This document shows, in pieces, positions 1 to 8,939 of a stretch of 64,000 nucleotides of DNA. The stretch lies in the NCBI GenBank assembly GCA_965228735.1, contig OZ245838.1, positions 6,080,001 to 6,144,000 of the forward strand, written 5' to 3'. The notes below the pieces were generated by a model. It was not told where the DNA came from, did no database searches, and was given only the letters and a program-made list of their open reading frames with translations. Position 1 is the first letter of the stretch. The number at the start of each line of letters is the position of its first letter. Source of the stretch: Planctomycetota bacterium. Its GTDB lineage: Bacteria; Planctomycetota; UBA1135; UBA2386. The translations under genes were made by a program, and so were the position numbers.

Positions 1-339
1 GGGGACCCGACCGCGCGCTTCGAGTGGGAGGCCGAGATGGAGGCGCGCGCGGCGAACGAGCTCGGCGAACGTTCGGACGTGATGCTCTACTGCCCGAAGC
101 GCCGGATGCAGCTCAAGGAAGTGAAGACGCGCGTGCGCTTCCCCGGCAGCGGCGGCACCGAACCGCTCGACGCCTACGCCGACGAGCTGCCGCGCCTGCG
201 CGACCTCGCGGACAGCTACCCGCGGTTGTGGAAGCTCTACGTCTTCACCTCGACCGAGGACCGACTGCAGCGCCGCAAGCTGCAGGAGATGTGCCTCGCG
301 GCGCTCCCGGCCGGCTGCCGGAACGCGCTGGCGCTGTAG
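1..339 (+). CDS. 3' end of a protein truncated by the window edge, possibly the C-terminus of an HD-superfamily phosphohydrolase
   Basis: Frame 1 is open from base 1 (GDPTARFEWEAEM...) to TAG at 337-339 with GC3-rich codons. The YCP...LWKLYVF segment resembles tails of HD-domain proteins, but this is a weak recollection. Confidence 0.45.
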   Translation, partial: GDPTARFEWEAEMEARAANELGERSDVMLYCPKRRMQLKEVKTRVRFPGSGGTEPLDAYADELPRLRDLADSYPRLWKLYVFTSTEDRLQRRKLQEMCLAALPAGCRNALAL

Positions 340-404
340 CGGTCCAGCACGATCGTCCCGGACGCAGTATCATCGGGCCGTCCAACAAGCCCAGGAGGCT
401 CTCG

Positions 405-1640
405 ATGCTCGATTCACGGTTGCTGTTCGTCGTCGGTCTGTTCCTCGCTCCGGTTCCCGCTCAGACGTTCGTCGTCGATCGAGCTGGCGGCGCGGGCTCG
501 CAGTTCCTCGAAATCTCGACGGCGGTCGCAGCGGTGCCGGATGGGGCGACGTTGCTCGTTCGTCCCGGCGTCTACCAGGGGTTCGGCTTCGCGAACAAGG
601 GGCTGACGATCCTCGGCGACCCGGGTGTGCGGATCGACGGGATCGTCTCGGTCTCGGACACCGCCGCGCATCAGCCGACGATCCTGCGCGGGTTCGACTG
701 GGTGCTCTACACCGCGCCGGCGAACCTCGGCGGCAGCAACGCGCTGATCCAGCTGACGAACTGCATCGGCCGCGTCGTGCTCGAGGACCTCGATACGAGT
801 AGCGGCGTCAATTGCCTCAGTCTGCCGATCGGCAGTGACTGCCTCTGGTCACCCGGTCTGCAGGCGAACGACTGCCACCAGCTCGTCGTGCGCGACTGCG
901 CGATCCACGCGGGATCGTGGATCGTCGGCACCGCCGTGTTGATCGAGTCGTCGGAGTTTGCCGGCAAGAGCTATCAGCACAACTCGGCCGGGCACCCGAC
1001 GGCCGGACTCAGGCTGTCGAGCAGTTTCGCGCAGGTCGCCGGGAGCAGCACGTTCGTCGGCGGCGACGGCGTGAACGGTGGACTGGCGAACGCGCCGGCC
1101 GAGCCGGGCATCTGGGTCGGCCTCGGTGACCTGCGCTTCCTCGAAGGGCACGCGACGGGCGGCGGGATCACCGGCGGGTTCGGTACGACGCACCCGCCGA
1201 AGTCGGCCGTCGAACTGTTCAACGCGTCGCTGCGGCGGGATCCGGTGGTCCAGCTGACGACGTTCGGCGCCCCGCCCGTCGGCGGTTTCGGCACGGTCGA
1301 CAACAGGCCGATGCCGGTCACGACGAGCACGGGCGCAGCACCTGGCGGCACGTTGACCGCGAGCGTGAGCAGCGAGAACGGTGACCTGCTGCTGCTCGTC
1401 ACCGGCCTGCCGGGGAACCCGACGCCGCTGCCGGGCTTCACGGACGCGTTCTGGCTCGATGCGACCGTGCACGTGTTCTCGGCCATCGGCGTGCAGCAGG
1501 GCGGCGTGCCGCTCACGACGTCGATCCCGGTGCCGGCGAATCCGGCCCTGCGCGGGCTCGCGCTGACGTTCCAGGGCGTCGCGGACGGGCCCGTGACCGG
1601 CCTCGCGGCCGCGAACCCGTCGTTCGCGATCGTGCGCTGA
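405..1640 (+). CDS. Secreted protein, probable right-handed beta-helix, with a C-terminal Ig-like domain
   Basis: AGGAGG RBS precedes ATG 405. Signal peptide MLDSRLLFVVGLFLAPVPA|Q. N-terminal 'ISTAVAAVPDGATLLVRPGVY...KGLTILG' motif is typical of pectin-lyase-like beta-helix proteins. Confidence 0.7.
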   Translation: MLDSRLLFVVGLFLAPVPAQTFVVDRAGGAGSQFLEISTAVAAVPDGATLLVRPGVYQGFGFANKGLTILGDPGVRIDGIVSVSDTAAHQPTILRGFDWVLYTAPANLGGSNALIQLTNCIGRVVLEDLDTSSGVNCLSLPIGSDCLWSPGLQANDCHQLVVRDCAIHAGSWIVGTAVLIESSEFAGKSYQHNSAGHPTAGLRLSSSFAQVAGSSTFVGGDGVNGGLANAPAEPGIWVGLGDLRFLEGHATGGGITGGFGTTHPPKSAVELFNASLRRDPVVQLTTFGAPPVGGFGTVDNRPMPVTTSTGAAPGGTLTASVSSENGDLLLLVTGLPGNPTPLPGFTDAFWLDATVHVFSAIGVQQGGVPLTTSIPVPANPALRGLALTFQGVADGPVTGLAAANPSFAIVR

Positions 1641-1690
1641 GCGGGCAGAAAGTCGCGGGGACCTGTCGGATCGCGGGTCGCCGGGACACT

Positions 1691-1715
1691 GGCTTCGGGA
1701 ACCCCGCCCGAAGCC
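1691..1715 (+). other. 9-bp stem hairpin directly upstream of the ATG at 1717
   Basis: GGCTTCGGG (1691-1699) pairs with CCCGAAGCC (1707-1715). No U-tract follows. Confidence 0.4.
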
Positions 1716-1716
1716 G

Positions 1717-3930
1717 ATGAATCCACGCGATCGAGTCTCCTTCTCCGTTCACGCGAGCCTGGCCCTGGCCCTCGCCGCGACCGCGCCTTGTCAGCGGCCC
1801 GACGTGGAGTCGGCCCGGATCGCCGTCCAGCGGAACGCCGGCCTGCAGGCCGTGCCAGGCGGGCTCCACGGCGGCGGGGAGCGCTACGACGTGCGCTTCG
1901 ACGCCGCCGGCATGCGGTTCGAGCCGGCGCTCGGGGCGTCGATCGCGACGACGCAACGGCTCGGCCTCTCGCCGATCGCGGTCGAGCGCGGCGGCGAACC
2001 GGTCCTGGCTCTGCCGTCCGGTGCCGAGCCGCGGCAGCACGATCGGACGGCGGTGTTCGCGCATTCGCGGGCGGTGCGTGAACGCTTCGCCGTTGGCGTC
2101 GACGGGGTGGAGCTGTCGTGGATCTTCGACGAGCGGCCAGCGGGGCACGGCGATCTCGTCGTGCGCTACGCGGTCGACACCGAACTCGCCGAGCCGGTTG
2201 CCTTGCCGGGCGGCGGCCTCTACTTCGCGCACCCGGGCGTCGGCGGGGTTACCGTCGGCACCGTGACGGGGATCGACGCCGCGGGCCGCTCGGTGCCTGG
2301 CGGTCTGCACTACGAGAACGGCGAACTGTCCCTGTCGCTGCCGGATGAGTTCGTCGACCGCGCGAGCTACCCGCTCGTGCTCGATCCGCTGATCGGCACG
2401 CGCTTCGACATCTGGGGCGGGCCGCAGTACACGGATTCGCAGCCCGACTGTTCGTTCGAGAAGACCGAGGACCGGTTCCTGGTCACGTTCCTGCGCTACT
2501 TCTCGGCGGGCGACGTCCGCATCCGCGCGCAGCTCATCGATCGGACCGCCGGCCTGTTCCAGGGCGTCATCTGGGTCACGACGGGTGGTTTCTCGCTCGC
2601 GCCGCGGGTCGCGAGCTTCTCGAGCCGCGACCGCTTCGGTGTCGTGTGGACCACCAACGTCGGGACCCAGTCGATTGCGTACTTCCGGTCGGTGTCGTCG
2701 ATCGACGGGTCGACGTCGACGACTCGCACGCTCGGGCAGAGCACGGCGGGGACGCTACGCAACCTCGACATCGGTTCGGAAGCGGGCGCGTTCCAGCAGG
2801 ACTACGCGTTCGTGACGGTGTGGGACGACACCAACGACGGCCGGATCTACGCGCGACGGGTCGGCATCGACGCCGGCGGCAACTCGGTGCTCTACCCGGC
2901 CTACACGGTGTTCGCCGATGCCGGACTGAACGAGTACTCGCAGCCGGCGATCGCTCGGGCGGCGGCGACGGGCGGCAAGCTCATGGTGGCCGCCCGTCGA
3001 TTCAGCGGCATCGGTCCGACGATCGGGATCAGCTCGCGACTCGTCTCGGCGCGTGACAACACGGTCAGCTCGCCGACGACGATTGCCGGCAACACGACGG
3101 ACGAGTTCCGCACGCCCGAGGTCGACGGGTACGGGAACGAATGGGTCGTGGCCTGGCGGCAGACGCCGAGCGGATCGTCCCGCCACGCCGTCGTCATGCG
3201 GTCGGGGCAGCTGGTCGGGTCGTCCGTGCAACTCGCACCGCCGGTCACGCTCGGCGGCTCGTCGCTGGTGCAGGCCGACAGCCCGACCGTCGGCTACGCG
3301 CACGGCAAGACGTGGCTCGCCTATCGTCGCGTCGCGTTCGGCGCACCGACGCTGCAGGCGCGCGGTATCGACAGCTCCACGTGTCTGAGCTGCCAGGACA
3401 CGTTCAGCGAACCGGTCCCGGCGGGCGTCACCCGGATCGTGGTGGCGACCACGATGTCAGGCAACGATCCGAACCGCGACGAAGGCGTGATCGTCTGGGC
3501 CGAGAGCTCGGACGTCTGGGTCCAACGCGTCGGCAACCACAGCAACGGAGGCACGGTCACGAACATCGGCGGCGGGTGTGGCGCCGGCGGCAACCACTCC
3601 GCCCAACCGCCGGTCATCGGCGCGAACGCGCTCTCCTGCTCGGTGACCGGGCTGTCGACGACGGCGACGCTGACGATGTTCAACCTCACGATCGGCGCGA
3701 CGCCGATCGTGTGCGGCACCTGCGAGTGGCTGCCGCCCTCGGTCGCCGTCGTGATGCCGGTGACCCAGTGGCAGAACGCGAGCTTCGGCTACGTCTTCCC
3801 GTGCATGCCGAGCCTCGTCGGTGTGCAGTTCGAGACCCAGTGGACCACCTATGACCCGGCTACCACGGCGTGCGCGCTGTATCCGGGCTTCTCGGTGTCC
3901 GACCGCCTGCTGCAGACGATCGGGCAGTAG
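1717..3930 (+). CDS. Large secreted beta-rich protein with a Cys-containing C-terminal domain
   Basis: 737 aa. Signal peptide ending ATAPC|Q. N-terminal domain ends 'YPLVLDP', followed by repeated beta-strand blocks. C-terminal 'GGGC...PSLVGVQFETQW...VSD' domain. Confidence 0.7.
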   Translation: MNPRDRVSFSVHASLALALAATAPCQRPDVESARIAVQRNAGLQAVPGGLHGGGERYDVRFDAAGMRFEPALGASIATTQRLGLSPIAVERGGEPVLALPSGAEPRQHDRTAVFAHSRAVRERFAVGVDGVELSWIFDERPAGHGDLVVRYAVDTELAEPVALPGGGLYFAHPGVGGVTVGTVTGIDAAGRSVPGGLHYENGELSLSLPDEFVDRASYPLVLDPLIGTRFDIWGGPQYTDSQPDCSFEKTEDRFLVTFLRYFSAGDVRIRAQLIDRTAGLFQGVIWVTTGGFSLAPRVASFSSRDRFGVVWTTNVGTQSIAYFRSVSSIDGSTSTTRTLGQSTAGTLRNLDIGSEAGAFQQDYAFVTVWDDTNDGRIYARRVGIDAGGNSVLYPAYTVFADAGLNEYSQPAIARAAATGGKLMVAARRFSGIGPTIGISSRLVSARDNTVSSPTTIAGNTTDEFRTPEVDGYGNEWVVAWRQTPSGSSRHAVVMRSGQLVGSSVQLAPPVTLGGSSLVQADSPTVGYAHGKTWLAYRRVAFGAPTLQARGIDSSTCLSCQDTFSEPVPAGVTRIVVATTMSGNDPNRDEGVIVWAESSDVWVQRVGNHSNGGTVTNIGGGCGAGGNHSAQPPVIGANALSCSVTGLSTTATLTMFNLTIGATPIVCGTCEWLPPSVAVVMPVTQWQNASFGYVFPCMPSLVGVQFETQWTTYDPATTACALYPGFSVSDRLLQTIGQ

Positions 3931-3942
3931 GCGGTGACCCGG

Positions 3943-4308
3943 TCAGTCTCGCGAGGGCAATGGTCGGGTTCGAACTCGGTCGTCCTCGATGATCGAGAAC
4001 TCACCGTGCCAATCCGTTCGGCTATCGAGCGCCGCGACTGCGCGATCGTTGTCGATGGCTGGAGACGCTCCGGTGAGCCGGAGCAAGACGATGCCGCATT
4101 CCGCTGGCAGTCCGGCTTGGAAGGCGAGTTGCCCGAAGTCAGTGTCGCAGGTAAGCACGAGCCGCTTCTCCAGTGGTGCCTTCGCGAGGACGGAACGGTC
4201 ATCGACGCCTGGGTGGTCTTCGGCGATCCAAGACACGTCGTGGCCGCGACTACGCAGAGCCGTTACTACGGGACCGGGCACATTCTCATTGGCGAGAACC
4301 CGAAGCAT
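3943..4308 (-). CDS. DUF5615 family PIN-like protein (putative toxin)
   Basis: MLRVLANENVP...LRSRGHDV...DDRSVL...LVLTCDTDFGQL...GIVLLRL; lies downstream of a DUF433 gene. Confidence 0.85.
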   Translation of the reverse strand: MLRVLANENVPGPVVTALRSRGHDVSWIAEDHPGVDDRSVLAKAPLEKRLVLTCDTDFGQLAFQAGLPAECGIVLLRLTGASPAIDNDRAVAALDSRTDWHGEFSIIEDDRVRTRPLPSRD

Positions 4309-4325
4309 GCCTGCCGGTGAATCGC

Positions 4326-4556
4326 TCACGCTGGGCGGCCGAGCATCCGTTCGAGTCGAGTCAGTTCCGCTGCGTAACCGAGGCAAGCAGTGATGTCTGC
4401 CACGGAGAGCGATGGATACTGCGCCAGCACGTCGTCGTGGCTGTAGCCGCGGGCGAGCAGGTCCATCACGAGTTCGACGCTGATGCGCGTGCCCTTGATC
4501 ACGGCCTTGCCGACCAGGACGTCGGGGTCTGCGCCGATGCGATCGCGCCAGTTCAT
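4326..4556 (-). CDS. DUF433 domain protein (putative antitoxin)
   Basis: RIGADPDVLVGKAVIKGTRISVELVMDLLARGYSHDDVLAQYPSLSVADITACLGYAA matches the DUF433 pattern. Confidence 0.9.
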   Translation of the reverse strand: MNWRDRIGADPDVLVGKAVIKGTRISVELVMDLLARGYSHDDVLAQYPSLSVADITACLGYAAELTRLERMLGRPA

Positions 4557-4709
4557 GTGGCTATTCTCGCCAACTCGGTGTGGGGCGCAACCCTGGCAGC
4601 TGCCCCTGACGGGTCGTCGGTGGCCGAGCGAGCACGGTGGACGGGACTCTCCGGCACAAAACCTCCGTTTCGACGTCGCACGATCGCCAGCCCGGGATAA
4701 GGGAACCCC

Positions 4710-7700
4710 GTGTGGCCGATTTCCGAGGACCGCCTGTTCGAGCGCTTTCGACGTCGTCGTGACGGTGCGTCGCTCGCGGCTGTGTTCGATCGCGTCGCGC
4801 CGGCGCTGCAGCGGGTCGCGTCGCATTTGTGCCGGGATCCGCATGCGGCCGAGGATCTGGTGCAGCAGACGTTTCTCGCCGCGATCGAACGGGCCGAACG
4901 TTGGGACCCCGAGCGCGGGCTGTTTCCGTGGTTGGTCGGCATCTTGACCAACCGCGCGCGGCTGCATCGCCGCGCGGAGCAGCGCACACCCGTCGCCGAG
5001 CGGCTGTCGCAGCCGGCGGTGGAGCAGCCGGACGATGCCGCCGAACGGCGCGAGCTCGAGGCGGCGGTCGACGCGGCGATTGCCGAGCTCGGGGACACGT
5101 ATCGGCCCGTTCTGCATCTGCACCTGCTGCACGGTCTGAACGCCAAGGAGATCGCGGCGGCGCTCGGTCGGCCCGCGGGTTCGGTGCGCACGCAGTTGGT
5201 GCGTGGCCTCACCCGGTTGCGCGCCGCGCTGCCGGTCGGGCTCGGGGTCGCGCTGGCCAGCTCCGCGTCATTGCTGGCCATGCGCCAGCGCTTGCTCGAC
5301 GCCCTGCCGGCGGCAGACGCCGCGGGAGCAGCTTCGCTCGCGGCGACGCTGATGATCGGAGGATCGATGGTGAAGAAGTGGACCTTGCTCGGGATCGTGC
5401 TGCTCTTCGGGGTGGTCGCGGGGTGGCAGGCGGTGGGCTCTCCGGGGGCTTTCGAGCCGGCGGGTGCCGGCGCGGCGCAACTCGACGTCAGCGCCGTGGA
5501 CGTGAAGCGTCACGGCGCCGGCGCCGTGAACGATGCCAACGGCGTCGGCGACCGCGACGTATCCCGTACGCTCGCCGGGCCGTTGCGCGACTCGGCCGCG
5601 ACGCCGGGCAGCATCGAAGTGCGCTGCCAGGCCGCGCTCGCGTTGCCGGACGGCAGCGCCGCCGAGGAGGGGTTGGCCGGCGCCTGGGTGCAGGTGCGTG
5701 GCGTCGGGCAAGGGTGGCGGGATCGCCGCTTCGGCGCCGATACCGATGCCGATGGCGTCGCCCGTTTCGCTGATGTGCCGGCCGGCGAGTGGCACGTCGT
5801 CGCGGTTCTCGGCGTGCTGCGGCAGTCCAGCACGATCGTGCTGGAGCCGGGTCGTTCGCTCGACATCGAGCTGACCTTCGATTCGGTGACGGGGGTCGAC
5901 GTGCACGTCGTCGACGAGGGTCACCGGCCCGTGGCCGACGCGGAGGTCTGGGTCGCGCTCGGAATCGGTCTTCGGCGGGTGCGGCCGATGGAGGTGACGA
6001 CGCGGATGGCCGGGCGCACCGACGGCAACGGCAAGGTGCGCGTCGCTGCCGGTCCGGTTGCCCACATCGGCGCTCGCAAGGCCGGCTACTCGGCGTCGCT
6101 GACGGCGCGCACGGAGTTGGCGAGCACTGGCCCGCTGACCCTCGTCCTGCGGTCGGGCGGTGGCGCGATCGATGGCGAGGCCCGCGACGAACGTGGTCGC
6201 GCAATCGCCGGCGCCCGGGTGTTCTTGAGTCCGGTTATCGACGATGCGGGAGGGAACTTTCGCACCGCGGACGGTAGCCCCGGGTTGCCGCCGACCGGGA
6301 TCCGCGTCGACGCCGACGAGCACGGGCGGTTCACGATCGATGGGCTGGCTGCCGCGCGCTACCGGTGTATCGCGATTGCGCCGGGCGCGCTCGATGCCGA
6401 ACTCGAGGTCGAGGTGCGCGATCACGAGCGCAGCCCTGCCGCGTTCGTTCTTCAGGCCAGCACCGAGCTCCATGGTCTCGTCGTCCGGCGCGGCGGGCAG
6501 CCTGCGCCGGGCCTCGACGTGACGTGTCGTGCACTCGACGGCCGTCGGTTCCCCTGGTCGAGCGCTCGCACCGACGAGCAGGGACACTTCACGATCGACG
6601 TTCCGCGGGCCGGCTACCACGTGATGGTCGAGCGCGGTGAGCGGATGCTGGCCGAAGCTCGCAGCCAGGCCGTGCTGACCGGTCCCGTCGAAGTCGAGTT
6701 GACCGTCACCGAAGAACGACTGGCCAGCGGGCGGGTGATCGACGAGCGCGGCGAGCCGATGGCCGACTGGTACGTCGTCGGGATGCCGGACGGCGAACGG
6801 TCGTTGCTGGACGTGATGCGCGCCGGTCACCGGGACTGTGCGCGCACCGATTCCGCGGGTCGCTTCGAGCTCTGGGGCACCCCGACCGGCGCGTTCACGG
6901 TCGCTGCCGTGGCCCGCCTGGGTGGTCGCTACCACGACCTGCCGCCGCCGCAGCTGCATGGCGTGGTCGTCGGGAGCGCCGATCTCGAGCTGGTCGTTCC
7001 GGATCGTTGGTTGAGCCGTGCGACCATCGCCGCGCGAGTCGTCGACGCCGAAGGTCAGGTGATCGCCACCGCCGAGGTGGCGCTCATGACCCAGAGTGAT
7101 GCCGCGGTCGCATGCGAGCAGGGCCAGGTGCGGTGCACGGCCGTTACCTACGGCGAACAGCGCCTGCATGTCACCGCGGCGGGCTACGGCACCGTGAGCG
7201 TCAAAACGGTCGTAGAGGGTCCCGCGATCGATCTGGGCGACATCGTGTTGCAGCGCGCGGTCGAACTGCGCGTGCGGCCGCGGCTGCCGGCGGGGCAGCC
7301 GTGGCGGGGGCCACTGCCACGGCCGTGGCTCAAGCACGGTGACGGTGGCCTCGTCGCCAGTCAGGAGGCCCAGGTCGAAGGCGGCATATTCGTGTTCCGC
7401 TGCTTGCCGCCCGGGAGCTACCGCATCGTGCCGCACTTCCGCGACAGCGTGGCCGCCAGCCCGTTGCCGTTGGAGCTGCGTGCCGGCGTGCCGCTGACGC
7501 TCGATTGGCCGGTGCAGGCAGGGTTTCGGGTCGCGCTCGAGTTCACCGAAGACCCGGCAACACCCATCGACCCTCAGGTCGTGCTCACGATCACTGTGCG
7601 CAATGCCCGTGGCGAGATCGCGCTGCACGAGGCGCAGCCTCGCGGCTCGAACCCGGGTTGGCTCGTGCTGCAGCCGCTCGCGGCGGGTCGCCATCGGGTC

Positions 7701-7796
7701 GAGGCCAGCTGTCCGAACGGTCGGCGCTACGAAGGGGAGTTCGAGGTCGAGCTCACGGACGAGACCCCGAGGTTCGAGTTCGAACCCCGGCGTTGA
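4710..7796 (+). CDS. ECF sigma-70 factor fused through a TM helix to carboxypeptidase-regulatory-like (beta-sandwich) repeats
   Basis: Region 2 'AEDLVQQTFLAA...PWLVGILTN' and region 4 'GLNAKEIAAALGRPAGSVRTQLVRGL'. TM 'WTLLGIVLLFGVVAGW'. Repeated 'GRVIDERGEP / TDxxGxF' motifs. Confidence 0.85.
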   Translation: MWPISEDRLFERFRRRRDGASLAAVFDRVAPALQRVASHLCRDPHAAEDLVQQTFLAAIERAERWDPERGLFPWLVGILTNRARLHRRAEQRTPVAERLSQPAVEQPDDAAERRELEAAVDAAIAELGDTYRPVLHLHLLHGLNAKEIAAALGRPAGSVRTQLVRGLTRLRAALPVGLGVALASSASLLAMRQRLLDALPAADAAGAASLAATLMIGGSMVKKWTLLGIVLLFGVVAGWQAVGSPGAFEPAGAGAAQLDVSAVDVKRHGAGAVNDANGVGDRDVSRTLAGPLRDSAATPGSIEVRCQAALALPDGSAAEEGLAGAWVQVRGVGQGWRDRRFGADTDADGVARFADVPAGEWHVVAVLGVLRQSSTIVLEPGRSLDIELTFDSVTGVDVHVVDEGHRPVADAEVWVALGIGLRRVRPMEVTTRMAGRTDGNGKVRVAAGPVAHIGARKAGYSASLTARTELASTGPLTLVLRSGGGAIDGEARDERGRAIAGARVFLSPVIDDAGGNFRTADGSPGLPPTGIRVDADEHGRFTIDGLAAARYRCIAIAPGALDAELEVEVRDHERSPAAFVLQASTELHGLVVRRGGQPAPGLDVTCRALDGRRFPWSSARTDEQGHFTIDVPRAGYHVMVERGERMLAEARSQAVLTGPVEVELTVTEERLASGRVIDERGEPMADWYVVGMPDGERSLLDVMRAGHRDCARTDSAGRFELWGTPTGAFTVAAVARLGGRYHDLPPPQLHGVVVGSADLELVVPDRWLSRATIAARVVDAEGQVIATAEVALMTQSDAAVACEQGQVRCTAVTYGEQRLHVTAAGYGTVSVKTVVEGPAIDLGDIVLQRAVELRVRPRLPAGQPWRGPLPRPWLKHGDGGLVASQEAQVEGGIFVFRCLPPGSYRIVPHFRDSVAASPLPLELRAGVPLTLDWPVQAGFRVALEFTEDPATPIDPQVVLTITVRNARGEIALHEAQPRGSNPGWLVLQPLAAGRHRVEASCPNGRRYEGEFEVELTDETPRFEFEPRR

Positions 7797-7800
7797 GCCG

Positions 7801-8919
7801 CTACTGCCAGTCCGACCGGAAGCGCAGGATGTGATCCCGCACCTTGCGATACACGGCACCCGTCGCGCGCACGTCGTGGCGGTTGTAGTCGGCGATCTTG
7901 ACGATCTCGCCCGCGGCGTAGGCGGGCGCGACCATCGAGCCGTCCATGTGCTCCTTCGGGCTCTCGATGCCGAGCGCCCAGCACACGACGTCGAGCTTGC
8001 TCGGGCCGCGGCCGCGTTGCGTGAGGATCTCGAAGAGGTCGAGGTGCGGCTTGAGCGAGAAGCGGTTGCTCACGAGGTCGACGCGCGCCGGGATGCCGTG
8101 GACGAGGCTGCGCGTGACGACGAACGGCACGTCGAAGCCGCGGCCGTTGAACGACACGACGACCTCCGCGCGGCTGCACAGCGCCCAGAACGCGCGCAGC
8201 ACGTCGGCTTCGCTCATGAAACGCAGCCACGGCGGACAGTCGTCCTCGGGCAGCTCGAAACCGGGCGGTGGCACCGCGAGGACGGTCACGTCGCCTTCGG
8301 GACTGTCCGGATCCGCATCGCCGTCGCCGACCGCGATCGACGCGACCTGGCCGAAGAACGGACTCATGCCCATGAACTTCTTGGCCTCGGCCTCGATGAG
8401 ATCCGGCTCGCTGTGCTGGCGCGCCGCGAACCCGTTGAGCGCGTCGGCGACCGACTCGGGCAGGTCCTTGCGCTGCACGGCCGGCACGGTCTCGATGTCG
8501 AACACGAGCGTGCGGCAGCAGAGGTCTTCGACCAGCGCGAGTGCCGGGTCCTCGATCTGCGACAGGTCGAGGCCGGGCGGCGCGTCCTCGGGATCGATCA
8601 CGCGCAGCCGCTCGACGATCAGCTGCTTCTGCCCCTTGTAGGTGTTGATGTAGCCGAGCACCTTCACGATCGCGTTCACGGGCGCGTCGGTCGCCGCGTC
8701 GATCGCCTTCTCGTGGTCGCCCCAGATCTTGCCCGAGAGCGTCGCGTCGCGGTCGGCGAGGTCGAGCACGGCGAACGGTTTGCCGTTCTTGGCCTCGAGG
8801 CGCTTGGCCGACCGCAGCTGCGCGAACGCGATCCAGCGCTGGTCGCCCTCGGTCTCGCTGAGCAGCGCGGAGAGGTTGTCGGCGAGCGGGATCGCTTCCT
8901 GTTGTTCGTCGTTGTTCAT
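7801..8919 (-). CDS. OB-fold nucleic-acid-binding domain fused to a DEDDy 3'-5' exonuclease (PolB-exo/RNase H-like)
   Basis: N-terminal YhaM-like OB ('AKNGKPFAVLDLADRDATLSGKIW...VKVLGYINTYKGQKQL'). ExoI FDIET, ExoII FNGRGFD, ExoIII YNRHD. Confidence 0.8.
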   Translation of the reverse strand: MNNDEQQEAIPLADNLSALLSETEGDQRWIAFAQLRSAKRLEAKNGKPFAVLDLADRDATLSGKIWGDHEKAIDAATDAPVNAIVKVLGYINTYKGQKQLIVERLRVIDPEDAPPGLDLSQIEDPALALVEDLCCRTLVFDIETVPAVQRKDLPESVADALNGFAARQHSEPDLIEAEAKKFMGMSPFFGQVASIAVGDGDADPDSPEGDVTVLAVPPPGFELPEDDCPPWLRFMSEADVLRAFWALCSRAEVVVSFNGRGFDVPFVVTRSLVHGIPARVDLVSNRFSLKPHLDLFEILTQRGRGPSKLDVVCWALGIESPKEHMDGSMVAPAYAAGEIVKIADYNRHDVRATGAVYRKVRDHILRFRSDWQ

Positions 8920-8939
8920 CGTGCCGTCCGATCAGCGAC

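Noticed and set aside
5268..7859. 863-aa minus-strand ORF
   Set aside because: Antisense shadow of the ECF sigma fusion gene. Arg/Ala/His-rich with no motifs, as expected in high-GC DNA.
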